Virus record (IMG/VR): IMGVR_UViG_3300032225_001145
Span: 32,001 to 96,000 of that record
DNA length: 64,000 nt
Reading direction: 5' to 3' (one strand)
Source: a virus
Lineage: Duplodnaviria; Caudoviricetes
Within the stretch, counting starts at the first letter, position 1, and each line of letters begins with the position of its first letter. Below are positions 28,081 to 38,135 of this stretch, piece after piece. The translations under genes and the position numbers were made by a program. The notes beneath the pieces are model-generated. The model was given only the letters and a program-made list of their open reading frames with translations. It ran no database searches and was not told the DNA's origin.

Positions 28081-28673
28081 CTACTAACTCAATTCTAAAT
28101 AAATTATTAGTTGATCAAGCTACTGAACAAGTAATATGGATAGCGCCTGGGCCAAATTCTGTGTTGCCAATGTTAGATTCGAATTTAAATTATAGAATAT
28201 ATTTTGGTCTTATATCAACTGATCTTTATCAAGAATATAATCGGTTTAGATTATTTTATGATGTCGCTGCACGATCACTTACAGTAATGGATGGTCCGCC
28301 CACAGTTGACAAAGAAAAGTTAGTATTGCTTAGATATCGATGTCAGGTTTTCCATATCTTAAACAGTACCTTTAATGTTTTTATCGAACGAATGAATCTG
28401 CCAAATAGCAAATACATAGAATCAATTAACGACATTACGCGAAATTCTTGGATAACCGTTTATCAAGAAACTTTTTCATGCTCAAAAGAAGAAGCTAGTA
28501 AATTATTAGATTTTAAGATAACCGAATATCAAAAATCAACTTTTATGATTGAATCTGCTAGATTCAAAATGATATCCGAAATAACAAAAGCTAAAAGCGT
28601 CGACGAATTAAAATTTATTTACGACACTAACAATATCAAAGTATTTAATGTGAATAGTATAAAATTATTTTGA
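28077..28673 (+). CDS. Hypothetical protein
   Basis: 198-aa ORF coupled to the PP-loop gene. Confidence 0.65.
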   Translation: MTTNSILNKLLVDQATEQVIWIAPGPNSVLPMLDSNLNYRIYFGLISTDLYQEYNRFRLFYDVAARSLTVMDGPPTVDKEKLVLLRYRCQVFHILNSTFNVFIERMNLPNSKYIESINDITRNSWITVYQETFSCSKEEASKLLDFKITEYQKSTFMIESARFKMISEITKAKSVDELKFIYDTNNIKVFNVNSIKLF

Positions 28674-28688
28674 TTATATCCGTTAAGG

Positions 28689-28717
28689 TTGACTGTATAA
28701 ACAAATTCATATATAAT
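28689..28717 (+). promoter_or_regulatory. Sigma70-type promoter
   Basis: TTGACT-17nt-TATAAT. Confidence 0.7.
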
Positions 28718-28742
28718 GTAACTTATTAATAAAGGAACCGTT

Positions 28743-28913
28743 ATGTCAAAACCACCAAAACAACAAACTACATCCGATTTACAGCGTACACTGGCTGGTC
28801 AATGGAGCAAAACCGAAAAGCGAGCAGAAGCAAGTCGACAAATAATGGCTAGTAAAAAAAAGACACACGAAGTTATTAAAGCATTCCGTAACGCACAAAT
28901 TTTAGCACGATAA
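28743..28913 (+). CDS. Small basic protein (56 aa)
   Basis: MSKPPKQQTTSDLQRTLAGQW...; AAGGA RBS. Confidence 0.6.
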   Translation: MSKPPKQQTTSDLQRTLAGQWSKTEKRAEASRQIMASKKKTHEVIKAFRNAQILAR

Positions 28914-28932
28914 ACAACTACAAAGGTATAAT

Positions 28933-29232
28933 ATGAAATTAGTAGCTCAACCATTAACTGGCGATAAAATTGTTCCACGATTAGTTCAATCTAAATACGA
29001 CCCAACTAATACAGTAGGTCGGACTTCAGAAGCGGCTGCCAAAGTCGTTGGACGCTACGAATTAATCGCAATAGGTGCTGCTCGCATCCGTGAATTGCGT
29101 TCAGGTCACGCTAGACGAGTTAAATCATCTTACGGTGATTTGGTTACAGTACTTCTAGAAATTGAAGCTGGCGAAATTGATGCTGGCGAATATTTGTTAA
29201 AGTCTACAGCACCACTAAAGAAATATAAGTAA
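28933..29232 (+). CDS. rpoZ: RNA polymerase omega subunit-like protein
   Basis: RYELIAIGAARIREL...VTVLLEIEAGEI fits the omega pattern RF.LV..AA.RARQL...AL.EI..G.I. Confidence 0.7.
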   Translation: MKLVAQPLTGDKIVPRLVQSKYDPTNTVGRTSEAAAKVVGRYELIAIGAARIRELRSGHARRVKSSYGDLVTVLLEIEAGEIDAGEYLLKSTAPLKKYK

Positions 29233-29244
29233 GTCAAGAAGTTA

Positions 29245-29337
29245 GGAGAGCTGGCCGAGCGGTCGAAGGCACCCGCCTACTAAGCGGGCATGGACCTAAA
29301 CAGTCCATCTGGGGTTCGAATCCCTAGCTCTCCGCCA
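29245..29337 (+). tRNA. tRNA-Ser(ACT)
   Basis: CCCGC-CT-ACT-AA-GCGGG, long variable arm, G73, CCA. Confidence 0.92.
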
Positions 29338-29394
29338 AGAATTTTTGCCTAGTATATGACTATTAATAAGTAAAATTATAACAAAGGAATACAC

Positions 29395-29634
29395 ATGGCA
29401 ACTAAAGGTGGCAATCAAAAAACTCGCAAAGCAGATCCGATGCGTACTAAGAATGGCAAAGAGCGTTTGGGTCCGTTAAACATTACTCAATTAGAAAAAT
29501 TATTATCTAATGCCCGAAAAAAACATATCGCTAAAATTCATCGTAGAATTAATGTATTGAAAAGTCGACCAGGATTCGTCAAAGCAGTAGAAGTATCTGC
29601 AGCAGAAGCCGCAGTGGTGGAGTCGTTGCTGTAA
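29395..29634 (+). CDS. Small basic hypothetical protein
   Basis: Lys/Arg-rich 79 aa, AAGGA RBS. Confidence 0.7.
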   Translation: MATKGGNQKTRKADPMRTKNGKERLGPLNITQLEKLLSNARKKHIAKIHRRINVLKSRPGFVKAVEVSAAEAAVVESLL

Positions 29635-29648
29635 AGTAGTAAACCTGT

Positions 29649-29721
29649 GCCCTTATAGCTCAGTTGGTAGAGCACCGGTTTTGTAAACCGGTTGTCCCGT
29701 GTTCGAATCATGGTGGGGGCA
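29649..29721 (+). tRNA. tRNA-Thr(TGT)
   Basis: CCGGT-TT-TGT-AA-ACCGG; CCA not directly encoded (A-TA-CCA). Confidence 0.9.
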
Positions 29722-29733
29722 TACCAGTATTAT

Positions 29734-29809
29734 TCCGGTCAAGCAAACACGGTGTAGGCGGAGGACTGTTAATCCTTGAAGCCTGGTTCGATTCCAGGGA
29801 CCGGAGCCA
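29734..29809 (+). tRNA. tRNA-Asn(GTT)
   Basis: AGGA-CT-GTT-AA-TCCT, U1-A72, G73, CCA. Confidence 0.92.
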
Positions 29810-29827
29810 AAAAAAGAGGAAAGAAAA

Positions 29828-29995
29828 ATGTCAAAATTATCAGAAACATTAGCAAAAGCATTAGCTAAGAAGCAAGGTAAGACTCATGTGGACGGCAGTG
29901 ATGCTGGTTCTACAGTAGAAAAGAAAGTTAAAGTAAAACCGTCAGCCGGTCCGGCTAAAAAGCCGCCGACCCGTAGTGCTGGTCGCGGTCGCTAA
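29828..29995 (+). CDS. Small basic protein (55 aa)
   Basis: MSKLSETLAKALAKKQG...PPTRSAGRGR*; GAGGA RBS. Confidence 0.65.
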   Translation: MSKLSETLAKALAKKQGKTHVDGSDAGSTVEKKVKVKPSAGPAKKPPTRSAGRGR

Positions 29996-30595
29996 TTATA
30001 ATCCAAATAATGCTTTTTTAGCATCATCGAAATAAAAATTTGCTACATCGTTTACTCGGAGAGTTAATACCATCCTTCGGTTAATAGATTGGCTATTGTC
30101 AAAATCATGCCAGATATCAGTATTGAATAATATGCACTCGTTAGGTTTTGCTGTCATGGATTTAAGGGGTATGTGTTTACTTTTGTCAAAACCCTTAGCT
30201 TCTCTAGACAACGGCCATTGCCAATCTAATCCCTCGAGCGGATATTTAGACAACTCATCGTCACTATACCAGCTAGTCACACAAGTATCGTCTAAAATTT
30301 CTACTGTATAATTTAGGCTTATCCTAGTATGCACTCCATCTTTATGTGCCCGATAATATCTACCTCCCTTAGTGACAAACATGGATGCTCTATCCTGGTT
30401 TAAATCTAGACTCTGTGACAATGGCGTAGTAGCTAATATTTCTTGTCGGATTTCTTCTGGAAACTTATAATGCTTAAATGTTTGTTCAAATTCTACTCCT
30501 TCCATACCTTTTTTACAGATATCGATAATCTTGTCAAGGCCATCGTGAGTGAATCTAATATAGTAAGGGCTACAATCTTCAATTATGGTGTACAT
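29996..30595 (-). CDS. Putative Fe(II)/2OG-type oxygenase (paralog of 40486-41100)
   Basis: MYTIIEDCSPYYIRF; AHKD...WHDF...RMVLTLR. Confidence 0.65.
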   Translation of the reverse strand: MYTIIEDCSPYYIRFTHDGLDKIIDICKKGMEGVEFEQTFKHYKFPEEIRQEILATTPLSQSLDLNQDRASMFVTKGGRYYRAHKDGVHTRISLNYTVEILDDTCVTSWYSDDELSKYPLEGLDWQWPLSREAKGFDKSKHIPLKSMTAKPNECILFNTDIWHDFDNSQSINRRMVLTLRVNDVANFYFDDAKKALFGL

Positions 30596-30649
30596 CCAAA
30601 TATTTAGTGTTTGATTGACGAGCAATTGATATTCAGTTATACTTGCAGT

Positions 30650-30829
30650 ATGATTAAATTAGAAGAAGCCTGTGAAGTCATTTATCTTTTTGCGGATGCT
30701 AACCAAACTGATCCGCTTACGGGTATTGAGCTTATGGTCAAGTATTTTAAGAAATTGAGCCAAAAAGAACGGCAATCTTTGGTGGTTTTTATGGATGCAA
30801 CTAAGGTAGTTGACAAAGAATTAATTTAA
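30650..30829 (+). CDS. Small hypothetical protein
   Basis: ATG 6 nt after TTGACG-17nt-TATACT. Confidence 0.55.
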   Translation: MIKLEEACEVIYLFADANQTDPLTGIELMVKYFKKLSQKERQSLVVFMDATKVVDKELI

Positions 30830-30838
30830 TCGTATAAT
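30810..30838 (+). promoter_or_regulatory. Sigma70-type promoter
   Basis: TTGACA-17nt-TATAAT. Confidence 0.85.
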
Positions 30839-30892
30839 AGCACTTATAGTAGTATTTTTATTGTAGTTTAACTTTAAAAGGAAACACAGCCC

Positions 30893-31978
30893 ATGTCAGA
30901 AACAAGACAAGTCACCACCGTACAAGCCAAACGTAGTTTGCTCAAGGCTTTTAATCACAAGCGTCCGTTATTTTTATGGGGCCCTCCAGGTATTGGTAAA
31001 TCAGAATTGGTAGCCGACATTGCTGAAGAATTAGGCGGCTATATGATTGACCTTCGATTAGGTCAGATGGAACCCACAGACATTCGTGGTATTCCGTTTT
31101 ATAATAAAGAAGTTGGCAAAATGGATTGGGCTGAACCAATCGATTTGCCAGACGAAGAACTAGCTAGCCAGTATCCAATCGTAGTATTGTTTATGGATGA
31201 AATGAATTCTGCGGCGCCTAGTGTTCAAGCTGCGGCTTATCAGCTTATTTTGAATCGTCGTATTGGCAAGTATAAACTGCCAGACAATGTTGTAATGGTT
31301 GCCGCTGGTAATCGTGAGTCGGACAAAGGTGTTACATATCGTATGCCTACTCCACTGGCCAATCGTTTCATTCACCAAGAGATGAAGGTAGACTTTGCTT
31401 CTTGGCAGGATTGGGCAGTTACTCATAATATCCATAAAGATATTATTGGTTACTTAGGCTCTAATAAACAGGACTTATACGACTTTGATCCAAAGAGTTC
31501 TAGTCGTGCGTTTGCTACTCCTCGTAGTTGGTCTTTTGTAAGCGAAATTTTGTCAGACGATGATGGTGACGAAGAAACAATTACCAATTTAATCTCTGGT
31601 ACTATCGGCGAAGGACTGGCTATTAAGTTTAATGGTCACCGTAAAATTTCAGGTCGTATGCCTAAACCAGAAGATATTTTGTCTGGTAAAGTAACTACCC
31701 TGGATGTCAAAGAAGTGTCAGCTATGTATTCTTTGGTTATTAGTATGTGCTATGAACTCAAAGATGCTGTGGAGAAAAAAGTATCTGACAAAGACTTCCA
31801 CACTATGTCAGATTACTTCTTTGCTTATATGATGAAGAACTTTGAAACTGAGTTAGTGGTCATGGGTGCTCGTATTGCGTTAACCGTGTACAATCTTCCA
31901 TTCCAACCAACTAAGTTGAAGAACTTTGATGAGTTCCATAAGAAGTACGGCAAGTATATTCTGTCAGCTTCGGCGTAA
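30893..31978 (+). CDS. MoxR-like AAA+ ATPase
   Basis: GPPGIGKS Walker A, LFMDE Walker B, AAGNR, LANRF, TPRSW. Confidence 0.9.
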   Translation: MSETRQVTTVQAKRSLLKAFNHKRPLFLWGPPGIGKSELVADIAEELGGYMIDLRLGQMEPTDIRGIPFYNKEVGKMDWAEPIDLPDEELASQYPIVVLFMDEMNSAAPSVQAAAYQLILNRRIGKYKLPDNVVMVAAGNRESDKGVTYRMPTPLANRFIHQEMKVDFASWQDWAVTHNIHKDIIGYLGSNKQDLYDFDPKSSSRAFATPRSWSFVSEILSDDDGDEETITNLISGTIGEGLAIKFNGHRKISGRMPKPEDILSGKVTTLDVKEVSAMYSLVISMCYELKDAVEKKVSDKDFHTMSDYFFAYMMKNFETELVVMGARIALTVYNLPFQPTKLKNFDEFHKKYGKYILSASA

Positions 31979-31986
31979 TAGCTAAC

Positions 31987-32044
31987 AGGAGGGTGGTGTA
32001 GTAGTTGTACACAGGGCTGTGTTCGCACCGCCCTCCTACCTTTT
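31987..32044 (+). terminator. GC-rich hairpin / probable terminator
   Basis: AGGAGGGTGGTG pairs with CACCGCCCTCCT, followed by short T run. Confidence 0.5.
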
Positions 32045-32051
32045 ATAACTT

Positions 32052-32804
32052 ATGACTATACCTAATATTATTGTAAAATCTGTACATGGACCAATGATTG
32101 TTAATGAAAACGATCAATACATTGGTCAGTCTATACGACAGCTAGGAGCATGGGCACAAGACGATATCGATTTGATTGCCAGTTTTTGTGATATCATATT
32201 AGACAATAAACCTAAGATGGTATTATATGATGTTGGTGCTAACATTGGTACCCATAGTATAGCGTTGGCTAAGAAGTATGGCAATTGCATCTCCGTTAGA
32301 TCTTTTGAGGCGCAAAGACAAATATATTATATGCTATGCGGTAATGTTGCCATTAATGGACTAGACAACGTTATATGTGAGTATCTCGCTGTAAGTGATA
32401 GGCCAGATGAAACTATCGACATAGCATTGCCCGATTATAATACCGTTAATAACTTCGGTGGAGTAGAATTAATCAAGATTGAGCATAGTGATAATCAAAA
32501 TATGATTAAACCCAATACCGAATCCGTAGTAACCTGTACTCTAGACAGCTTTGACGAAGCTGTTGATTTTATTAAGATAGATGTAGAAGGTATGGAGCAT
32601 TTGGCATTGGAAGGTGCTAGGCAAATATTAGCCGAACATAGACCTGTTTGTTTTGTGGAGATAATGAAAACAGATCAAAATCGTGTTAAACAAATATTTA
32701 AAGAATTAAATTATATTGCCTATGCTTATAAACAAGATGATTGGATCTTTTGCCCAGCGGAGAGCGATTTTGAATTGAATGGAGTCGATACCGTTGATTT
32801 ATGA
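32052..32804 (+). CDS. FkbM-family methyltransferase
   Basis: YDVGANIG, SFEAQ, NNFGG, FIKIDVEGME. Confidence 0.9.
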   Translation: MTIPNIIVKSVHGPMIVNENDQYIGQSIRQLGAWAQDDIDLIASFCDIILDNKPKMVLYDVGANIGTHSIALAKKYGNCISVRSFEAQRQIYYMLCGNVAINGLDNVICEYLAVSDRPDETIDIALPDYNTVNNFGGVELIKIEHSDNQNMIKPNTESVVTCTLDSFDEAVDFIKIDVEGMEHLALEGARQILAEHRPVCFVEIMKTDQNRVKQIFKELNYIAYAYKQDDWIFCPAESDFELNGVDTVDL

Positions 32805-35167
32805 TTTGAATCCTATTAACAATGAGCATTTTAAATATAATATTAAAATACCCATGATGCTTGATTTTCATCGGGTAAGACAATGGTTGTCTCTCACTTA
32901 CGGTTATAGCGATGAATATGACGACCATCCTTCCAACAAGCATTGGGCATTTATAATTAGGTTAAGTAACAATGTAGTATATTTAAAAGGCGAAGAAGAA
33001 GTTGCTTGGTTCAAAATTAAGTACGGTGAGACATTATGAATTACTACTACGAAGTTCCCGAAGGTACCAGTGTACTTGGACGGCCGGGTGGCGGTTACTA
33101 TTACCAAGCTCATTGTAGTCCAGCGCAAGGTGGCAGTCTAAATCATCTTGTACATAATCAGGCAGTAAATGCTAGCACCCGGGTATGGTTGGAAAATGCT
33201 AATGGAGTTACGCTGGTCAAAACACTACCCAATGATACTAGTTGGGGGCAGATTGACGAAAGAGAATTTGTCATGATAAAACTTAGAGCTAGGAATTTAG
33301 TAGGATGATTTGTCGGCCTGGAACTCCAGCTCAATTAAAGACTAATAGATTTCAATTAACTATTAGCCCTATGAGTGGATCACCAGGATTAATGGTCTTG
33401 GATCATATGTACTGGATAGAAAACGAACGAGAAATACTTAATTGGATGAACGAAGCATTACCGCGAGGTATTGACCATATTGAAGGAATGACTATACGAT
33501 TTGATAATGATTTTGATCGTATTAACTTTTTAATGAAGTGGGGGCCATGAAAACGCAACACGATTACTGGAAGGAAGATGATGTGCGTATTTGGCAGGAA
33601 ATAAATCATAGTAAATGGCGTGTGTGGTTCGCTTGGCATCCAGTGAAAGTAAACGATGTGTGGGTTTGGGGTAAAATAGTTTATCGTAAACCTGTTCTCA
33701 AAACTTATGCCGCAATAGACGATTGGGCTGGCTACGAGTACGGAACTATATTAGATGTATTAAAGGAAAAATAATGGAAAGAGACTTACAAGAAGATATG
33801 AAAAATTCTTCTTGGTTCATGGAAAAGATTAAAGAAGATCGCTATGCCCAAAATATCTATGCCGCATTGTGTAATATGCGCTGGCAGCCGCAAGATGTTT
33901 GGCCTGTACTTAAAGATGAGTACTGGACTTGTTCTTGGCGTAGTGCTGGCGGTGTTGTAGCTGAATTACAAGGACACGGTGACTATTTAAATTGGTATTG
34001 CTCAGGTATGGGCGGGCTGGCTACATATAACGGGGAAGAAGGCGAACAAACTATGTTGGCCAAGAAACATGTTCCCGAAGGTACTGTTACAGATGAAGTG
34101 GCCGAAGACTTATTAAAATTAGGATGGGCGGCAAGCCCTTGGCCTGATGACAAACAATAACCTTTATGCTAATACAGCCGCAAGATTAAATACTATCATA
34201 GGGGATAGTAAAACTATTTGGCTACAAATTATATCTGCTAAAAGAGAGTTTGATACTACAACCCATCCACAGGCTGAGTTTTATTCTTGGCTCGATCAAA
34301 ACTACGGGGTTAAATTAAAATTAACACCCAATGGTGAAATGAGTTTGGAAAATGATATTACCGATGAGCAAAAATATCTTCTTTTTATGTTAAAGCATAG
34401 TAGCAAATGAGATTTAACAAAAAATATAGCCAGCCAATGTTAGATAACTTAGTACAAACCCGTGGGTGGGGTAAAGTTAAATATAGGCCCGCTAGGTTTG
34501 AATATGCTGGGGAGAATCGTAGTCCAGAAGTTGAATGGACCGAAGAACATTGTAAAAAAGATGTACAGTACAGAGATGGGTGTTTTTATTTTGCAGATCC
34601 TGCCGAAGCCACAGCGTTTGCATTGGTGTGGATCAAATGAGTCTTAAACCCGGACACTGGAATACTAACTATCCGTCGGGAAAATGGGAACATAGTATCC
34701 CAAAAGAATTTGCTGACTTAGATGAAATTTTATCTTGGTGTCGCCGTGAATTTATCGACCATGCTACTTGTATGCGGTATATTGAATACGATGATAGATT
34801 TCATTTTATATTTTATGACAATCAAGATTATGTAGCATTTTTGTTGAGGTGGGCATGACTGTAGAAACGATTAAAGGATTATTTGTTGAAGATACAAATT
34901 AAACGCAATTTAGTTATTTTCGAAGATCCATACGAATGGACCTTTGTTAGAGATCAAGTCAAAAAAGATTTTGGAGATCAAATTTTTGCTATTTCTTGGA
35001 GGCTCAAACGCGAACTTGGCTTTACTGTTAGGCATCACAAAGCATTAGTTCCGTGGCACGAAGATAGTACTAGATTCAGCTATGCGGATCAAATACATTT
35101 AGATTTCTATAACGAATCTATGTTATCCTGGTTTGTACTTAAATATATAAATGTAGAGCAAAATTAA
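32779..35167 (+). other. Array of nine small hypothetical CDSs (32779-33039, 33036-33308, 33305-33550, 33547-33774, 33774-34160, 34147-34410, 34407-34640, 34637-34858, 34883-35167)
   Basis: Overlapping start/stop codons; most share a C-terminal F-x-[LIM]-[KR]-[WY]-like motif. Confidence 0.7.
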
Positions 35168-35194
35168 CCCTATTTTTGCCCTGAAATTTGCCAG

Positions 35195-35223
35195 TTGACA
35201 AACAATTCATTTAATAGTATAAT
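35195..35223 (+). promoter_or_regulatory. Sigma70-type promoter
   Basis: TTGACA-17nt-TATAAT. Confidence 0.85.
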
Positions 35224-35254
35224 AGTAGTATAGTTAATAATAAAGGACACTTAA

Positions 35255-36547
35255 ATGGCTACAGCAAGCACTACTAATAATTCCAAAGAAGCTGATAAGT
35301 TCAAAGACTTACTAGGCCCTATGGATTCCAAATTGGATGCCCAAGTACGCGAAAAACTTATTACAGCTCGTGTGGGCTTATTACTCCGTGCTAGTTTTTT
35401 TGGTAATTTGGCTACTCGTTTAAAATTGGTTAACGCAGATGAATGGCTTACTACAGCCGCTACAGATGGCCGTAACTTTTATTATAATAGTCGTTTTATT
35501 GATATGCTTCGTCCAAAAGAAATTGAATTCTTATTTGGGCACGAAGTATTACATTGTGTATATGACCACATGGGTCGGCGAGGTGATCGTAATCCGCAAC
35601 TTTGGAATATTGCCGACGACTATTGTGTAAACGGCGATTTGATTAAACATCGTGTCGGAGAAAAAATTACCACAGTACCTTGCTTGTATGATCACAAATA
35701 TGACGGCATGTGTGCAGAAGAAGTCTACGACATTTTATATGAAAATGCCGAAAAAATTGATATCAATTCGTTGGTTGAAAAACTACTCGACGACCACTTA
35801 GAAGGAGAAGGAGAAGGCGAAGGTGGTGACGGAGATGATAATGGTAAATCTGGCGGTAGCGGTAAACCAAAATTATCTCAAGCAGAAAAAGATGCTATTC
35901 GTGACGAAATTAAAGAAGCGGTACTGGCGGCCGCTGCGGCATCAGATAACGCTGGAAACTTGCCAGCGGGAGTTAAGCGTCTTATCCAAGACATGACAGC
36001 ACCCAAAATGAATTGGCGTGAGCTATTGCGTATGCAACTTGAGTCTACTATTAAATCCGATTTTACTTGGATGCGAGCAAGTCGCAGGGGCTGGCATATG
36101 GATGCGGTAATGCCAGGTATGCAACTTGATCCAATGATTGATATTGCTATTAGTATTGATGCTTCGGGCAGTATGCTTGATAAAATGCTTAAAGACTTCT
36201 TAGCTGAAGTACAAGGCATTATGGATTCTTTCCCAGCATATAGAATCCATATTCTGACTTTTGACACACAAGTTTATAACCCACAACAATATGATAGCGA
36301 AAACTTAGATACCATCTGCGACTACGAAGTACACGGTGGCGGCGGCACAGATTTTGACTGTGTGTTTGATTACTTTAAAGAAAATGATATCCAACCTAAG
36401 CGTCATATTATGTTTACAGACGGTTATCCAAACGGCAGTTGGGGTGATGAAAACTATTGCGATACAGTATTCATTATGCATGGCACTACAAGTATTGTTC
36501 CCCCATTTGGACAATATGCTTATTACGAAGAAGAGAAAACACACTAA
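35255..36547 (+). CDS. Metallopeptidase-like + VWA domain protein (MoxR partner)
   Basis: TAATDG, HEVLH, DASGSM MIDAS, GGGTDF, FTDGY. Confidence 0.88.
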   Translation: MATASTTNNSKEADKFKDLLGPMDSKLDAQVREKLITARVGLLLRASFFGNLATRLKLVNADEWLTTAATDGRNFYYNSRFIDMLRPKEIEFLFGHEVLHCVYDHMGRRGDRNPQLWNIADDYCVNGDLIKHRVGEKITTVPCLYDHKYDGMCAEEVYDILYENAEKIDINSLVEKLLDDHLEGEGEGEGGDGDDNGKSGGSGKPKLSQAEKDAIRDEIKEAVLAAAAASDNAGNLPAGVKRLIQDMTAPKMNWRELLRMQLESTIKSDFTWMRASRRGWHMDAVMPGMQLDPMIDIAISIDASGSMLDKMLKDFLAEVQGIMDSFPAYRIHILTFDTQVYNPQQYDSENLDTICDYEVHGGGGTDFDCVFDYFKENDIQPKRHIMFTDGYPNGSWGDENYCDTVFIMHGTTSIVPPFGQYAYYEEEKTH

Positions 36548-36556
36548 GGAACAATT

Positions 36557-36718
36557 ATGAATAAATTTAAATTATGGTATCTTAACAATCGAACTGAAAT
36601 CACTTGGTTTTTAATGGGTTGGTTAGTATTAGCTGGAATTCAAGATTTGAGTCACGAAAACTATATTGGTGCTTTAATTTCATTTGGGTTGGCGTATATT
36701 AACTATAAACTCAAATAA
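36557..36718 (+). CDS. Small membrane protein (53 aa)
   Basis: Two hydrophobic segments, AAGGA RBS. Confidence 0.6.
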   Translation: MNKFKLWYLNNRTEITWFLMGWLVLAGIQDLSHENYIGALISFGLAYINYKLK

Positions 36719-36736
36719 ACCCAACCCAATTTTACC

Positions 36737-36767
36737 AAAATGCCCCATAAAAGGGGCATTTTATTTT
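36737..36767 (+). terminator. Rho-independent terminator
   Basis: AAAATGCCCC-ATAAAA-GGGGCATTTT plus T tract. Confidence 0.8.
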
Positions 36768-36798
36768 TAGTAGTACCTATTCTACATTAAATATCTAT

Positions 36799-37056
36799 AT
36801 GGAAAATTCAACTCAAATTACCGTAGCGGATCTTGGCGCCCTTCATGGCATCGTAGATCTTGCGGCTTCCCGCGGGGCATTCCGTGGTGCCGAATTAACT
36901 CAAGTTGGTGCTATCTATGATAAGCTCACAACTTTTCTAAATGATGTAATGGCACAAGCTAAAGCAGCCGCTGAAGCTAATGCTACTACCGAAACTGGAG
37001 AAACAAGTACACCCGATGTCGCTGCGCCAGTTAGCGACACACCACAAGGAGAATAA
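36799..37056 (+). CDS. Hypothetical protein
   Basis: 85-aa ORF, TAAATA-N5-ATG. Confidence 0.7.
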   Translation: MENSTQITVADLGALHGIVDLAASRGAFRGAELTQVGAIYDKLTTFLNDVMAQAKAAAEANATTETGETSTPDVAAPVSDTPQGE

Positions 37057-37057
37057 C

Positions 37058-37810
37058 ATGGCACAGATTAAACACGTAGGTAGAAACGGTGACCGTAAGG
37101 TCCTAGTATTATATCGTGAAGTTCCAGGTGACGAGCACATGTGCTTGGTAGTCTATCCTGAAATTTTAAATGCTTCATGGCAGGATGCGATTCAAAAGGT
37201 TGTAGAAAGTGATGTTGGTCAACAGGCTATTCAATTAGCTGATGCTTTACATCGTTCTTTCTTGCCAGATGGTCGTCCTATTCTTGAAACACTACACACC
37301 GAGCGTATGATTAAAAAAATTCGTTGCTCTGATGTGATTATGACTCCTAGCACAAACGCAAGTGTTCGTTTAGATGAACTTAATAAGTTAGTCAACGAAA
37401 TGAACAAAGGCGCAGAAGCTATGAAGAAGATGGAAGAGAATGAAGCATCACGAGGTATGGTTGATCCACAAGTTAAACGTGCTGCCGAAGCCAAGTATAA
37501 AGAAGAGCAACTTTCTAAACAACAAGCTGCTGAATCTCGTTATCAAACTCCAGCTACACTTAGCGCACCGCAAGATGGTGTGTTAAGTGATCGTGCTATT
37601 GCCGCTAATATGTTAGCACAAGCTAAAAAGATGGAGCAAGAAGCTACTGCTATGATTTCAGAAGCCGCTCGTATGAAGAAAGACGCTGAGCGTATGGTGC
37701 CAGGAGTTAATCCAGCAGAAGCTACTTGGACTCCAGCAGAACCAGAGGCTCCTAAGCGTCGTGGCCGTCCACCTAAAGCAGAAGCCGCGGTGAGCGATGC
37801 TGCCAATTGA
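37058..37810 (+). CDS. Hypothetical coiled-coil protein with C-terminal AT-hook
   Basis: AGGAG RBS before 37058; PKRRGRPPK motif. Confidence 0.75.
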   Translation: MAQIKHVGRNGDRKVLVLYREVPGDEHMCLVVYPEILNASWQDAIQKVVESDVGQQAIQLADALHRSFLPDGRPILETLHTERMIKKIRCSDVIMTPSTNASVRLDELNKLVNEMNKGAEAMKKMEENEASRGMVDPQVKRAAEAKYKEEQLSKQQAAESRYQTPATLSAPQDGVLSDRAIAANMLAQAKKMEQEATAMISEAARMKKDAERMVPGVNPAEATWTPAEPEAPKRRGRPPKAEAAVSDAAN

Positions 37811-38099
37811 TGAGTTGGTTGACCAGTGGGAAATTATTGTTAAAGAAGTAAACAAAACAGATGTACCACTGGAGTGCATTAAAAAAATCATAATTAAGTT
37901 AAACGATGGCAAGCAACGCACCATTAACTTACATACACTTATCAAACAAGGTTTACAAATTGAAGATATCGAAGCATTAGTTTCCAGAACATTTGCCGAA
38001 ATGGATGCCGAGATTAAAGATGTTGACTTTGTTGTAGATATTAAAAGTGTTGCGGCATTAGTCCAACCCGAAACAGATAAGATATTGGGCAAACTTTAG
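37797..38099 (+). CDS. Hypothetical protein
   Basis: 100-aa ORF in operon. Confidence 0.7.
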   Translation: MLPIDELVDQWEIIVKEVNKTDVPLECIKKIIIKLNDGKQRTINLHTLIKQGLQIEDIEALVSRTFAEMDAEIKDVDFVVDIKSVAALVQPETDKILGKL

Positions 38100-38135
38100 G
38101 TTGTAAAAAACCTAAAGTTGTGCTACAATATCAGT

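Noticed and set aside
20502-29852. ORF-track entries 20502-20753 and 29664-29852
   Set aside because: They run across tRNA-His and tRNA-Thr/Asn, with no RBS or protein-like features
35800-35865. GAAGGA/GGT repeats
   Set aside because: Encode the ordinary Gly/Glu/Asp linker of the metallopeptidase-VWA protein
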